Virus record (IMG/VR): IMGVR_UViG_2565956520_000001
Source of the DNA: a virus
Lineage: Duplodnaviria; Caudoviricetes
Direction: 5' to 3' (one strand)
Length of the DNA stretch: 64,000 bases
Shown here piece after piece: positions 9,502 through 19,864 of the stretch. Both the position numbers and the translations under genes were made by a program. The notes under the pieces are model-generated. The model made no database searches. It saw nothing but the letters and a program-made list of their open reading frames with translations, and had not been told where the DNA came from. Position 1 is the stretch's first letter; the number at the start of each line of letters is the position of its first letter.

Positions 9502-10369
9502 GACGCACCTCCCCGCAAAGTCCCTGTTCCGCTTCTATCAGGGCATCATAAGCTAGGAGCATGGCTTGTCTTTCCGGCCTTGGGAGGCTGGACAGGTTTT
9601 TAAGCAGGAGTTCTTTTGCGGTGGCAATGCAGGATTCTGGAGAATTCAGGCTGTAATCAGGATTTGCGGATGCAGGAAGCTCTAACGGTTCCGATCCTGC
9701 CGGAAGCGGATTGTATGGAGCAATGCCTAAGAGCATACGAGGCCGTTCTCCGTTCACCCGTGGGCGGGTTTCTTTAACGCTTCTAATCATGGCGTAAAGG
9801 TCACTAAAAAATCTTGCGCGGTGCACAGAACGGCATTGTGTGCGCTTGCAATAAATCTGGTAGCTTTCGTAAAGCTCAGTTTTTGAAACCCTGCCCCATG
9901 AGGCTACTTCGCAAGCTTCTTCAATAAAGGCATGCACTGAGTTGTCACGGATCAGGCAATCCGAGATTGCTTTTATAGTTTTATTTTCTAGCGGCCTGTT
10001 CCGCACACGTAGAAGTTCCTGCTCCATTGCATTGAAAGCTTCGATATAGCGAATCTTCCATTGCATGGCTTTCTTTCCGGTGAAGCCCATTACTAGCAGG
10101 GTGAAGCCATCGCGAGTTATATTGTAAGCGGGAAGTTTGCGGCCTGTTCTGTCTACATATTCACTAACCTCAAAATTGAGGGCAGTGAAATCTTGAGGAA
10201 CTTCTAGATTTTCAATAGTTCGTAAAACATTATCGTGCCGCTTACCAAAATGCTCGGCAATTGTAAGAGACGAAACAACGGGCTTGCCATCAGAGATAAC
10301 AAGCGTAGGGGAACCGACAACTGAACTGTTGTCAGAAGTGTTTGAATTGGCTAAGTTCTTTCCAGCCAT
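9494..10369 (-). CDS. rha: Rha family regulator fused to a primase C-terminal winged-helix-like domain
   Basis: SSLTIAEHFGKRHDNVLRTI..ITRDGFTLLVMGFTGKKA..YIEAFNAME Rha motif; C-terminus resembles end of 16849-19218 primase. Confidence 0.88.
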   Translation of the reverse strand: MAGKNLANSNTSDNSSVVGSPTLVISDGKPVVSSLTIAEHFGKRHDNVLRTIENLEVPQDFTALNFEVSEYVDRTGRKLPAYNITRDGFTLLVMGFTGKKAMQWKIRYIEAFNAMEQELLRVRNRPLENKTIKAISDCLIRDNSVHAFIEEACEVASWGRVSKTELYESYQIYCKRTQCRSVHRARFFSDLYAMIRSVKETRPRVNGERPRMLLGIAPYNPLPAGSEPLELPASANPDYSLNSPESCIATAKELLLKNLSSLPRPERQAMLLAYDALIEAEQGLCGEVRHA

Positions 10370-10450
10370 AACGCACCTCCTTTGAAGGTCGTTTGTGGTT
10401 AGGCTCGGTTCTGGTGTTGGTAGCACCTTTCCGGGCCGTTTTTATTTAGG

Positions 10451-10612
10451 CTACTTTTCTTTCTTTTGCTTTTCTGCTTCGGCTATTCTTCTTTCCATTT
10501 CCTCTATGAATATCTCTTTAAAAGTTATTTCATGCTCCACGGCGTATAGTTTGTAACGCTTGTGGTCTGCCTTATCTAATCGAATAGAGACGGCTACTTT
10601 TTCTTTGATCAT
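10451..10612 (-). CDS. 53-aa ribbon-helix-helix (CopG/Arc-like) protein, below the ORF-track cutoff
   Basis: Manual translation MIKEKVAVSIRLDKADHKRYKLYAVEHEITFKEIFIEEMERRIAEAEKQKKEK; beta strand followed by two helices. Confidence 0.6.
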   Translation of the reverse strand: MIKEKVAVSIRLDKADHKRYKLYAVEHEITFKEIFIEEMERRIAEAEKQKKEK

Positions 10613-10776
10613 GTGAAGTTTGTACGTACGAGCGTTTAGAATGTCAAGTGGGGATTATATTTTGGAGGTGTAAAAATATAGCTACAGTTCAACCAATAAT
10701 GTTTTTAGTTGTAAAATCATCTACGCTAAATTATAGACTAAAGAATTACGAATAAGGATTTAACTGGAGAAATTCA

Positions 10777-13185
10777 ATGAATATGCAGCTTGATACAACC
10801 GCGACACTACTTGATATATGCGATTCATTCTGGGACCAAGACTTTGAAGAAAAAGCTACGTTTCTTGATGTAGTTGATACGGCTACTTTTACCACTTTTG
10901 AAAAAAACTTAGCGACGTTAGTCAAGGCTCGCATTATAAGCAAAAGTAAAGGATACGATGTTGGTTTAGAATTTGTAGCAAAAATATCATCTCTTGACTC
11001 CACTTTTGCGTTCAATGATTTTTGGTGTAATGCACTCTTTGCACTATCAAGATACGAAGAGATGCTTCCATATATAGAAAAATGTAAGACTCTTGCAAAA
11101 AGCGATAAACAGAAAAGTTATCATTCTGTGAACAAAGGTTTCTACTATCAATATGTTGAAAAAGAAATCTATATGGCACTTGAATGCTATATTGAAGCAG
11201 CTAGGCTTTATCCAAACTATTGGGCACACAGTAATGCATACACGATACTACTAGAAAAATATAATTATGATGAAGCGGAAAAGTTCCTAAATAAATGTAA
11301 AGAACTAGCATCGAGTGATTTAGAGAGAAGCAACTACGCTCTCAATAAAGGTCTTTATTGCGACCACGCAAATGATAACAGTGAAAAGGCATTGAAACAC
11401 TATATACAGGCTGCAGAAAAACATCCTAACTTTTGGGCAAACAACAATGCTTTCTTAAAACTAAGAGATAAAGGTGATTATAATAAAGCTGAAAAATACT
11501 TAAATAAATGTAAAAAATTATTTTCTAATGATAGAGAAAAAGGTGAATTCCAATACAACAGTGGTTCTTATTGCGAAAATAAAAATAAAGACACCGAAGC
11601 ATTAAATTATTATATACAGTCCGCTAAAAAACATTCTAACTTTTGGGCTTCAAGCAAATTATTTAATATATATTTAGATAAAGGGGAATACACAGAAGCA
11701 TTACTACATCTAAAAAAATCGAGTAAAATAGCTACAACGCGTAAAGAAAAAGAACATTTCCTCACCAATAAGGAGCATTGCATTTGGGAAATGCCACATG
11801 AAGAGTGGTTTTCCGCTAACTACTGTAGAGAATTTTCATCAAAAATGAACTTTTCATCAGAGATAGATGCTTTCACTCTTTTTCACCTACTTTACAGCAA
11901 CAATTCCACATATCTTTTAAGTTATAGACTTATACGTGAGCACCCAGAACTTTTAGCACATAGAGAATGGATTGAATTTAAAAAACGTCTTCTAAAAGGC
12001 CGTGGACAGCAACTAATCAAGCTACACGAAATTATTAGATCTAATAAAAAACATTCTATTATTGATATAGCAACCCTTGGAATACTTAACTACTATGGCG
12101 GAGACCACTTCGTTGCAGAGAAATACTTTTCTTCGATCACCCCAAATAGTGGATTCTTAAATTTATCAACCTATTACATCATAAAATGTAGACAAGGTCA
12201 GAACAAAAAATATGATGATATCATTAGTAGATACTTAAAAAGAGACAATGCAAAATTATTTAGCAGCGATAGTGAAAATTACTACCGAGGAATGATTTTA
12301 ATTTTAAACAATGATTTGAATAAAGCCCGCAAAACAGTTCCTATAAATATAAGACATATCCCATCTTTACTTCTTTTGGCATACATATATGATCAGCTAA
12401 AAATGAATAATCAAAAAAACAAGTGTATAAATTTAATCCTTAGCCACGAAGTTATCAAACTACCTAAAAGTAGAATCGTAGGAAAAAGTTTATCCCAATT
12501 CCATAAACTTCCACATAAAACAAGCTTCAAAACATTTGAACATTTACTATATTATATCAAACCATATGAATTGCATGAGCCGCTTAAAATGATTTATATA
12601 ACCTCTAAAACGATTACAAGAAAAGAAAGCTGGTTTAGATTCAAGCATATATTTCAAAACTACACTTTCTATGAAGAATACCCACTTAACTTTAACTGTG
12701 GATTAGATTCTAAATTCGATCAATTGTGGGAAAAAATTGGAAACGAAAAAACAAATATTGCTCAAAATATTTCAAAACTCACTGCATTAAACTGGCCTAT
12801 TTACAGTTTATCCAAGATGTCTTCAGATGATTTAGAACAAAGAATAGGCCTTTATATACAACATAATAAATACCCCTATGACGAGATAGAACTTGCGATC
12901 TCATCATTTTATATGATGAAGACACTATCATTTGAAGCAACATTACGATTATATAGTTACCTTAAACTTAAAACAAACAGATTTATACTTACACCTCAAC
13001 AAATAACGACTCTTTTAGCTGGATATTTAACACTAATGTATGGTGATACTTTTACACGCCCAATACAGGCCTTTTTAACAGTATCTCCTCTTATTGCTGA
13101 CTATATAACATCTAAAAAAAATAACGAAATGACTTATGAAGAGTACCATAACTTAATATGTTCTAATAGCTCAATTTACAACTAA
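10777..13185 (+). CDS. TPR-repeat protein, 802 aa (AT-rich moron)
   Basis: Three tandem ~70-aa units (NKG.Y..AL..YI.AA...PN.WA..Y..A.K.L.KC); opposite strand to late genes. Confidence 0.8.
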   Translation: MNMQLDTTATLLDICDSFWDQDFEEKATFLDVVDTATFTTFEKNLATLVKARIISKSKGYDVGLEFVAKISSLDSTFAFNDFWCNALFALSRYEEMLPYIEKCKTLAKSDKQKSYHSVNKGFYYQYVEKEIYMALECYIEAARLYPNYWAHSNAYTILLEKYNYDEAEKFLNKCKELASSDLERSNYALNKGLYCDHANDNSEKALKHYIQAAEKHPNFWANNNAFLKLRDKGDYNKAEKYLNKCKKLFSNDREKGEFQYNSGSYCENKNKDTEALNYYIQSAKKHSNFWASSKLFNIYLDKGEYTEALLHLKKSSKIATTRKEKEHFLTNKEHCIWEMPHEEWFSANYCREFSSKMNFSSEIDAFTLFHLLYSNNSTYLLSYRLIREHPELLAHREWIEFKKRLLKGRGQQLIKLHEIIRSNKKHSIIDIATLGILNYYGGDHFVAEKYFSSITPNSGFLNLSTYYIIKCRQGQNKKYDDIISRYLKRDNAKLFSSDSENYYRGMILILNNDLNKARKTVPINIRHIPSLLLLAYIYDQLKMNNQKNKCINLILSHEVIKLPKSRIVGKSLSQFHKLPHKTSFKTFEHLLYYIKPYELHEPLKMIYITSKTITRKESWFRFKHIFQNYTFYEEYPLNFNCGLDSKFDQLWEKIGNEKTNIAQNISKLTALNWPIYSLSKMSSDDLEQRIGLYIQHNKYPYDEIELAISSFYMMKTLSFEATLRLYSYLKLKTNRFILTPQQITTLLAGYLTLMYGDTFTRPIQAFLTVSPLIADYITSKKNNEMTYEEYHNLICSNSSIYN

Positions 13186-13207
13186 CCCTGCTCCGGCGGG
13201 GTTTTCT
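13184..13207 (+). terminator. Intrinsic terminator after TPR gene
   Basis: AACCCTGC-TCCG-GCGGGGTT hairpin followed by TTCT. Confidence 0.6.
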
Positions 13208-13442
13208 ATTCCCCCTGAATACTCTTAACCCCCTGCCCCATCTGAGCCAGCAAACAACCATGCTCCTTACACTTATGATACCGAATCTTAATCCCAGCAT
13301 CCCACTTAGGCGATGAAGTAACCGGAATCCGCACAGCCCCGCACCACGGACACACCGCGCCATCCTTCGGGCTGAATATCACGCCCTCTTTCGCTTTAGC
13401 CATTGCCGCCGCAATTAACTTGGCTGACATACTATCTACCAC
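13206..13442 (-). CDS. Ogr/Delta-like zinc-finger late activator
   Basis: CPWCG....RYHKC...GC spacing. Confidence 0.65.
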   Translation of the reverse strand: MVDSMSAKLIAAAMAKAKEGVIFSPKDGAVCPWCGAVRIPVTSSPKWDAGIKIRYHKCKEHGCLLAQMGQGVKSIQGE

Positions 13443-15393
13443 CGTTAGTGTAAGGGTTTACTTTCTTTTTCGGAGCTTGCTTCCTAGGCTTCATGCCCGC
13501 TTGCTTGTAGGATTTAACGCCCAGCAGGTCCGCAGCAGCAAGGTTGTATCCGGCAATATCCCATGCATGGTTGGGCCTTCCTTTCGGACATTCCCAATAC
13601 CCTTTTTCATTCACGTATTCAGCGGTCATTTCCCGCGCCCACGCATCCGAAACTTCACTGTGCAGGTGATACGCTCCCGGATCAGCGGGATTAATGGCAA
13701 GGCGGTTGGATAAAGCGTTCTTGTAATGCGTCACATTCACCCGCAAAAGCTTAAGGCCGCCGGGTATAGGCTTGTTTGAACCGGGGAAAATATCAATCTG
13801 GCTGTATGAAAACGGGCGCGCCATTGTCTGCTCACCTTTTAGCGGCAGAATGCGGCCCCGATTAAGTCGGCAAAAATCGTAAACTTCATCTGTCCGATGC
13901 CCCATTGCATCTATTAGAGCCAGCCGCACAAGATATGAATTGCCTTCTGCGTCCTTGTATTCCCGATCCCATAGAACTTCCGCCAAAGCTTCAAAGCTAT
14001 CCACTTCACCATCAGCAACCAGCCATGATTCATGCGTCATGCCGTAACCCCACGCGCGGATTTCATAGGGGAAATAACCGCCCCTGCCGGACTGCGTATC
14101 AATAGCGGCAGTGAGACAGGCCACCACGTCACCACCGGGAACAAGCAACCGCGGACGATCATCTTTAAGCGCAAGAATCTTATCTTCACTACGCTCCTGC
14201 TGATAATTAACCCACGGTTCCGCCTTGTGAGAGTTCATGAAGTCTTTCAACTTTTCGCGCCATTCAGGGTTAAGGCCGGACTTCTGACCCCGCAAAAATG
14301 CGGCGGCAACTTCAGACAACGAAACGAATCTTGATAGCCAGCTAGGAATATGGAAGCCGATCTTCTTAGGCCGTTTAGATTTAAGGTAAGCTTCAAGTGG
14401 AGTGCCGGACACACGATCAAACCATGCGCCATAACTCACGGCCTTATCCCGTGTTCCATCATCCCACTTGCAACCCATGTTCGGGCATTCGTACCACGCC
14501 AGCTTTTCAGCCTCGACCCGTTCGGCATGCTGGGAAGGATCAGCCGTTTCTCTTTCAGGCCATTTAATCTGGTCAAAATCCATTTCATGCACATAGCCGC
14601 AAATCGGACAACGCACCTTAAAACCGAATACGGCTTGCGCTTCGATATTCAGAGCCGTCCAGATAGGGCCGCTTTCATTTGTCGGTGTGGAAATTTTCAA
14701 AAATTTGCGATTGCGATAAGTACGCCCGCGCTTTTCCGCCAGACTGAGCGGATCAGCTTCTTTCTTGTTTGCGGTGGTGGGATATTTATCAATCTCATCA
14801 AAGAAAACATACCGGATAGGCTTCGATGCCAGACGGGATGCAGAATGCGCCCAGCCCATATAGATCGGCATATGCCGTAAGTTTATGCGGAGCGATGCTT
14901 CATCATCCGTTGAGCCAGTCAAATACTTAGAAAGTTTCGGTGAAGTTTTGAGCATTGGCAGAACTCTATCCCTGCTCGAATCCTTCGCCGCTGTCATATC
15001 GGGATAGATGATCATTGCCGGACTCGGTTCACGATCCACGGCATAGCCCAGCGCATTAAGCAGCACTTCGGTTTTACCAACCTGCGGAGCGGCACAAACA
15101 ACAACGGTCTGAACTCCGCTATGGAAAAGACTATCCATTATGTCGGTAAGGTACGGCGTTACATCATTACGCCACATGCCCGGCAAGGAACTGGATTCAG
15201 GAACCAGAATTCGCGACTGCTCCGCCCACTTGCTGACCTTGATCTTTTTACGCTTCCGCAAAATCTGCTTTTCACCCCTGCTAAATGAAAAGGTGAACCG
15301 CTTCCCTATCATTTCTGGAGGTAATGAAAAGCGACCTACCGGAACGGGTATGAGCTTTCCGACCATTTTTTTAACTATCGAACTGGCTTCCAC
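13432..15393 (-). CDS. Terminase large subunit, lambda GpA family
   Basis: AAPQVGKTE Walker A, FFDEIDKY Walker B, ISTPT, CPICG, IDAMGH nuclease motif. Confidence 0.95.
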   Translation of the reverse strand: MEASSIVKKMVGKLIPVPVGRFSLPPEMIGKRFTFSFSRGEKQILRKRKKIKVSKWAEQSRILVPESSSLPGMWRNDVTPYLTDIMDSLFHSGVQTVVVCAAPQVGKTEVLLNALGYAVDREPSPAMIIYPDMTAAKDSSRDRVLPMLKTSPKLSKYLTGSTDDEASLRINLRHMPIYMGWAHSASRLASKPIRYVFFDEIDKYPTTANKKEADPLSLAEKRGRTYRNRKFLKISTPTNESGPIWTALNIEAQAVFGFKVRCPICGYVHEMDFDQIKWPERETADPSQHAERVEAEKLAWYECPNMGCKWDDGTRDKAVSYGAWFDRVSGTPLEAYLKSKRPKKIGFHIPSWLSRFVSLSEVAAAFLRGQKSGLNPEWREKLKDFMNSHKAEPWVNYQQERSEDKILALKDDRPRLLVPGGDVVACLTAAIDTQSGRGGYFPYEIRAWGYGMTHESWLVADGEVDSFEALAEVLWDREYKDAEGNSYLVRLALIDAMGHRTDEVYDFCRLNRGRILPLKGEQTMARPFSYSQIDIFPGSNKPIPGGLKLLRVNVTHYKNALSNRLAINPADPGAYHLHSEVSDAWAREMTAEYVNEKGYWECPKGRPNHAWDIAGYNLAAADLLGVKSYKQAGMKPRKQAPKKKVNPYTNGGR

Positions 15394-15940
15394 TTACAAA
15401 CTCCATTGTGATTTGATCAGTACGCGCAAACTCGCTCAGTAATTCGTCCAGCTCGTCATTCATAAGCTGGATGAATGTTTCCTCATGTTCCGGTTTACCT
15501 TCAACAGCATGGATAAATTCACGCCCTTTCATCAAAAACAATTGGCGAAGGCCCGTATCCAGCACCGAAGTCTTACCAGCCATGAGCATTTCCACGCTTT
15601 CACGGTCAATGAGCTTGCCTTGTGTCTGTTCAAGTTTCAGCCTTCTAAGCTCCGCTTCGTATTCCTTGTCCTTGGCTTTTGCTTCCTGAAAACGCTTTGC
15701 TGAATCTCCGGTTAAGCCTTCCTCGTCCGGCTGTTCGGCTTCAACCTTTTTACCGATGGGAACCCAGCCGATTTGCTGGGCAAGTTCTGAAATATCATCT
15801 TCGTAATATTTGCCGCCGATGGGCTTCACCTGTTTATTCTTACCGACGTAATTGAAGAAGGTTCGCCGCGAAATTTGCCAGTTCTCTTGCCCGAACTGAA
15901 CCCACGCCTGATTTATCGAATTGTAAAATTTTTCAGCCAT
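15371..15940 (-). CDS. Terminase small subunit
   Basis: Upstream of TerL; coiled coil EAELRRLKLEQTQGKLID typical of Nu1-like proteins. Confidence 0.75.
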   Translation of the reverse strand: MAEKFYNSINQAWVQFGQENWQISRRTFFNYVGKNKQVKPIGGKYYEDDISELAQQIGWVPIGKKVEAEQPDEEGLTGDSAKRFQEAKAKDKEYEAELRRLKLEQTQGKLIDRESVEMLMAGKTSVLDTGLRQLFLMKGREFIHAVEGKPEHEETFIQLMNDELDELLSEFARTDQITMEFVSGSQFDS

Positions 15941-16040
15941 TTAAGTAGCACCTGAATTGTGAAAGTGACACGTTTGATACAGTTTGTGCAGTGTGCATAT
16001 TTTTTAAAACATTCCGTGTGCAAAAGACCCGAGGTCGATA

Positions 16041-16475
16041 CTACCCGTGTTTCGGGAACCGCCGGGGAGGACCCAAATTTAACATGGTGCTTGTAATTCT
16101 CTTCGGTGGTTCATCACCATGAAAAGGTAAGCGATTTAGGTAGCATAAACAGATCAACGGCGCGGCTTGTTCGAACAGCTCCCACATTTGCCACACGGTT
16201 TCACCATTAGCTCTGCCCCACGCTTCATCAATCACCACAACCAACTCATCCGCCTTGTTCCGTTTAACCATGAACATCTGCCGATGCTCCCGAATCATTG
16301 CGCCTAGCTTCTTCATTGCCTTGTGTCCGTCTTCGAATGTTTTCCAATGCTTCTCGAATTCTTCTTTCTGCATGGGAATAAGATCATCCTGCCGACACAT
16401 ACGGCTATACCTGCTGAAAAGGGATTCAGGTTCCAGCTCTTTGTATTTGCTTTGAAGCTTTGTCAGTGCATTCAT
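16041..16475 (-). CDS. Hypothetical phage protein
   Basis: Protein-like 144-aa ORF between origin region and terminase. Confidence 0.55.
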   Translation of the reverse strand: MNALTKLQSKYKELEPESLFSRYSRMCRQDDLIPMQKEEFEKHWKTFEDGHKAMKKLGAMIREHRQMFMVKRNKADELVVVIDEAWGRANGETVWQMWELFEQAAPLICLCYLNRLPFHGDEPPKRITSTMLNLGPPRRFPKHG

Positions 16476-16482
16476 TTCGGTA

Positions 16483-16750
16483 CCATGTCCCAGTCTTGGT
16501 CCAACTCAATTAAAACCAAAAGTACCTGATAACTCTTACTTTTTTTAACTTCAGTCCAAGTGGTCCATGTACCAGACCAGAAAACCAAATGCTCAGAATC
16601 TCGCGTGTACGGGTACATATACGCACACACGCATGTAAGGAGATTTACCGAATGGACGTGGACCGCTGGTACCACGTGGACAGAGCCAGTATTCATGCGG
16701 GTTAACAAAATTACATGCGGGACCAAATGGACCAGACACATGGACCGTCT
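16483..16750. repeat. Cluster of TGGAC/GTCCA/GGTACC motifs downstream of primase; putative replication origin
   Basis: Repeated TGGAC(C), GTCCA and GGTACCA in both orientations, giving spurious TWT-rich ORFs on both strands. Confidence 0.5.
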
Positions 16751-16848
16751 CACCAAGGGAGCGGATATTTGCATACATGAATCAAAATGTCGGGCAGTCG
16801 AGGCGCGGGCACGCCGCCGTGTTGAAAGGGGTACGGGGAAAACAGACA

Positions 16849-19218
16849 TCATGAAGCCGTTAGTTCAAACTTAGTTTTAATACCCGTAATCATCCGACAC
16901 CGCCGACCATCTACCCGTGGGCGCGTCTCTCTAAGAGTCTTCACCGCTGAATAGAGTTCCCTGAAAAAGTTCTCCTTATGCATGGGCTGATAGCCATTCT
17001 TTGCGCTGTATTCGCGATAGGCTTTATAGAGCGAGTCTTTCGACTCCTTAACGCCGTCTGACAGTTCGCAAGTATCCTCAACAAACGCCTGAACAGGGTT
17101 ATTAAGCCGCCTGTAATCCATCAGTAGATCAATTGTTTCATCTGATGCCGTGAACCGCCCCTGCTCATAGAGCCGATGCAGACCAACCAACGCCCAATGA
17201 AATATTTCCGATAGCTCGTTCTCTTTCAATTCTTTGAATAGATTTGGATTGCGATCAGGATCATCTTCTAGATATTGCCGTTTAAATTTGATCGGCAACA
17301 TGCGCCTGAAAAAGCCATCCGTATTATCAAGCACACGTGGCAGTTTATTAGCCGCAAATGCCAGCTTACAGAACGGCGGGAACTCAAATGAATCTTTATG
17401 CTTGAATGCGCCCTGAATCGTGTCACCGGATACAACAGCCTTAAAGGTCGGTGTTTCCATAGCGGCAGAGCCTATTTCAGTCGAAATATTGAGAAGCTTA
17501 TTATAGAGGCTAGCGCGTCGGAACTGGTCTTCCAAATCCTGAAAAGCAACTGCCGAACAGTTAGCAGGTGCAACCAACTCCCGCGCAATTTTCAAATATG
17601 TTGATTTACCGTCCGATCCGTCACCAAGAAGCAGCAAACACTTTTCATAATGCACGTCGCGAGTCAGACAATAGCCCATGAACTCTTGGAGCTGGGCAAT
17701 AGGTCCGGGAGTCTGAACCGTTTCATCCAGATACTTTAACCAGCGATTACATTTAGCTTTTGAATCCGGATTAAACGAAACACCGAGGCAAATTGTAGAA
17801 TAGTAATCCGTATCGTGCGGTTTGAGCTCGAGCGTTTTTAAATTGAGCATGCCATTTTGTAGACACACCCATTCACCCTGATCATTTACTTCGCGACCAT
17901 GCGGAAGATTCGCAAGATTAATCGCAAGTGACGTTGCATCGTTCACCCTGCTTGTTGTGGCCTCGATGCCGAGATAATTGGTAGCCGACTGTTGCAGATT
18001 GCCCCTTGAAATTTGTTCCCAGTATTTTCCGTTCCAGCGATAGAGCAAACCTGTAAGATCATCATAAAGCAAAGGCTGATCCTGAAGCAGTTGATCCGCC
18101 AGTAGTCGAGGTTTGAAGGTACGTTCCCTAAAAAACGCCCATTCGCTACCGCTTTCACCAACTTTAGGAATCTCAACCTTGCGGGCCGAAGCAAACAGAG
18201 CTTGCAAAGCTTTTGCATTCTGTTTGAACTTCACAAAGTAATCAGTCAGATCAAGGCCATCTTTCGCGGGCAATGAACCATCTTTATTACGCCCCATAAA
18301 ATCAGGCCATTCAATAACCCGAACAGAGCGCGCAACCTGTACCAGAGAACGAGCCGCATTATCTGCATGCTCTTGTCCCGGCTGATCCGCATCATAAGCA
18401 ATAATTACATCGCGCCCATTAAACGGTTCTAAATGCTCATTTGACCATCTAACGGTCTTTGATGTTTGGGTTATGGCATTAAAACCATTCGACAGAGCGC
18501 AAATAGTATCCGGTTCCCCTTCGCAAAGCAGAACAGGGCCGGACTTACCAAGTAGAGCTGGAGCAGGAAACAAACGAGCATTCCCATATCCCCTACCCCA
18601 TGACATAATCTTCTTTTGCAGATTAGTGCCGGGCTTGCGATACAAGCGGATATTATGAAGCCTGCCGTCATTGCCGCGAATAGGGATAGCAATACGCATA
18701 GATTGCCCGTTAATTGGGCGAACCATGTTTTCCTTATCCCTGAATACCATCTGCATACGCAGATCAAGCCGCTTGATAATTTCAGGATTCCAGCCGCGCT
18801 CTTTCTGCAACAGTTGAAACCAATCATCCGGCAACAGGTGCATATGACCCCAAATATCTTCAGGGATAACCGCACCGCCGCCACGTTTCGATTCCTTGCG
18901 CTTTTTCTGCACAGTGGGCTTAACCTTCGGCGCGTCGTTAACACCATGCCCGTACTTATCTTTGAATTCCTTAAAGGCTACTTCATTGGGCAAGCCAGTA
19001 ACCAAACTATAAAGCTTAATCAGGTCGCCACAATCAGTGCATCCGGCAAGGCATTTGAAATAGTCATCTTCAAAATTATATCCAAAGGACGGATTATCAT
19101 CATTATGAAGCGGACATTTGCCGTTCAGCCATTTACCTTCTTCCTTGGCAACTTCAAACAATGAACGCGCTATAGTATTGCGTTCACTTTCGGAAAGATT
19201 TGTTCCGGCCCAGCCCAT
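16849..19218 (-). CDS. P4/D5-type primase-helicase (Zn finger, TOPRIM, D5-N, SF3 helicase, C-terminal winged helix)
   Basis: CPLH..D..S..FKCLAGC, LCEGEPD, AYDADQPG, LGDGSDGKST, NKLP..D...GFFRR. Confidence 0.93.
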   Translation of the reverse strand: MGWAGTNLSESERNTIARSLFEVAKEEGKWLNGKCPLHNDDNPSFGYNFEDDYFKCLAGCTDCGDLIKLYSLVTGLPNEVAFKEFKDKYGHGVNDAPKVKPTVQKKRKESKRGGGAVIPEDIWGHMHLLPDDWFQLLQKERGWNPEIIKRLDLRMQMVFRDKENMVRPINGQSMRIAIPIRGNDGRLHNIRLYRKPGTNLQKKIMSWGRGYGNARLFPAPALLGKSGPVLLCEGEPDTICALSNGFNAITQTSKTVRWSNEHLEPFNGRDVIIAYDADQPGQEHADNAARSLVQVARSVRVIEWPDFMGRNKDGSLPAKDGLDLTDYFVKFKQNAKALQALFASARKVEIPKVGESGSEWAFFRERTFKPRLLADQLLQDQPLLYDDLTGLLYRWNGKYWEQISRGNLQQSATNYLGIEATTSRVNDATSLAINLANLPHGREVNDQGEWVCLQNGMLNLKTLELKPHDTDYYSTICLGVSFNPDSKAKCNRWLKYLDETVQTPGPIAQLQEFMGYCLTRDVHYEKCLLLLGDGSDGKSTYLKIARELVAPANCSAVAFQDLEDQFRRASLYNKLLNISTEIGSAAMETPTFKAVVSGDTIQGAFKHKDSFEFPPFCKLAFAANKLPRVLDNTDGFFRRMLPIKFKRQYLEDDPDRNPNLFKELKENELSEIFHWALVGLHRLYEQGRFTASDETIDLLMDYRRLNNPVQAFVEDTCELSDGVKESKDSLYKAYREYSAKNGYQPMHKENFFRELYSAVKTLRETRPRVDGRRCRMITGIKTKFELTAS

Positions 19219-19221
19219 AGG

Positions 19222-19689
19222 TTACCCCTTCACCATAGCTTTGATTCCATCCCGCCAGTACAAAGCAGTTGAAACGAGTTCCATGATTTCCTTGTCGAAT
19301 TCAGCAAATTCTTCGGGCTTGATTTCGCCGTCTTCCATAATGGCGGAAAACTTGACCACGGCATCACCGAATTCCTTAGTGGTTCGGTTCATGTCGTTTT
19401 CTAAGTGGCCTGTACAAACTCTCGCTTCCGGCAACGGGATAACCACCATATTCATCTGATGGGCAATTGCTTCAAGAGGTGCAGGTGATCCGCATGTTTT
19501 CATGAGCGGCACAAGGTCCAGAACGCCCATCTTCGCTGTAGAATCTTCGGGGTTCAGTTCCTTGTATAATGTCCAATGGCTTTTGGCAGAGCCGAAAGTT
19601 AATTCGCTTATTTGCTCTACTGATAAAGCCCGATGCCGTAGCACCATGTTTTGAATTTCTACTGCTACGCTTTTGCGTGATTTATTCAT
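19222..19689 (-). CDS. Phage regulatory CII family protein
   Basis: LYKELNP.D..AKMG..DL..LM and KEFGDAV...I...E pattern. Confidence 0.75.
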   Translation of the reverse strand: MNKSRKSVAVEIQNMVLRHRALSVEQISELTFGSAKSHWTLYKELNPEDSTAKMGVLDLVPLMKTCGSPAPLEAIAHQMNMVVIPLPEARVCTGHLENDMNRTTKEFGDAVVKFSAIMEDGEIKPEEFAEFDKEIMELVSTALYWRDGIKAMVKG

Positions 19690-19864
19690 GGATATATTCC
19701 TCTTCCAAAGATAGCCGCTATCTGTAGTAGATAGAACTTCACTCCGGTGCTATTTTGTCTTTGCTATAGTTAATCCGATCTTTGACATTGCCCTTCAGAG
19801 TCTCCTTCTGATAATGAATCAAACAACAAATAAATTTATAATTTAATCAGAAGGAGAACCCAAG

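Noticed and set aside
15945-16045. cos site upstream of terminase small subunit
   Set aside because: Position is plausible but I could not identify a convincing cosN symmetry by eye
16472-16874. Opposed ORFs of 126 and 104 aa rich in TWT/VHV
   Set aside because: Translation by-products of the TGGAC repeats; treated as non-coding origin candidate
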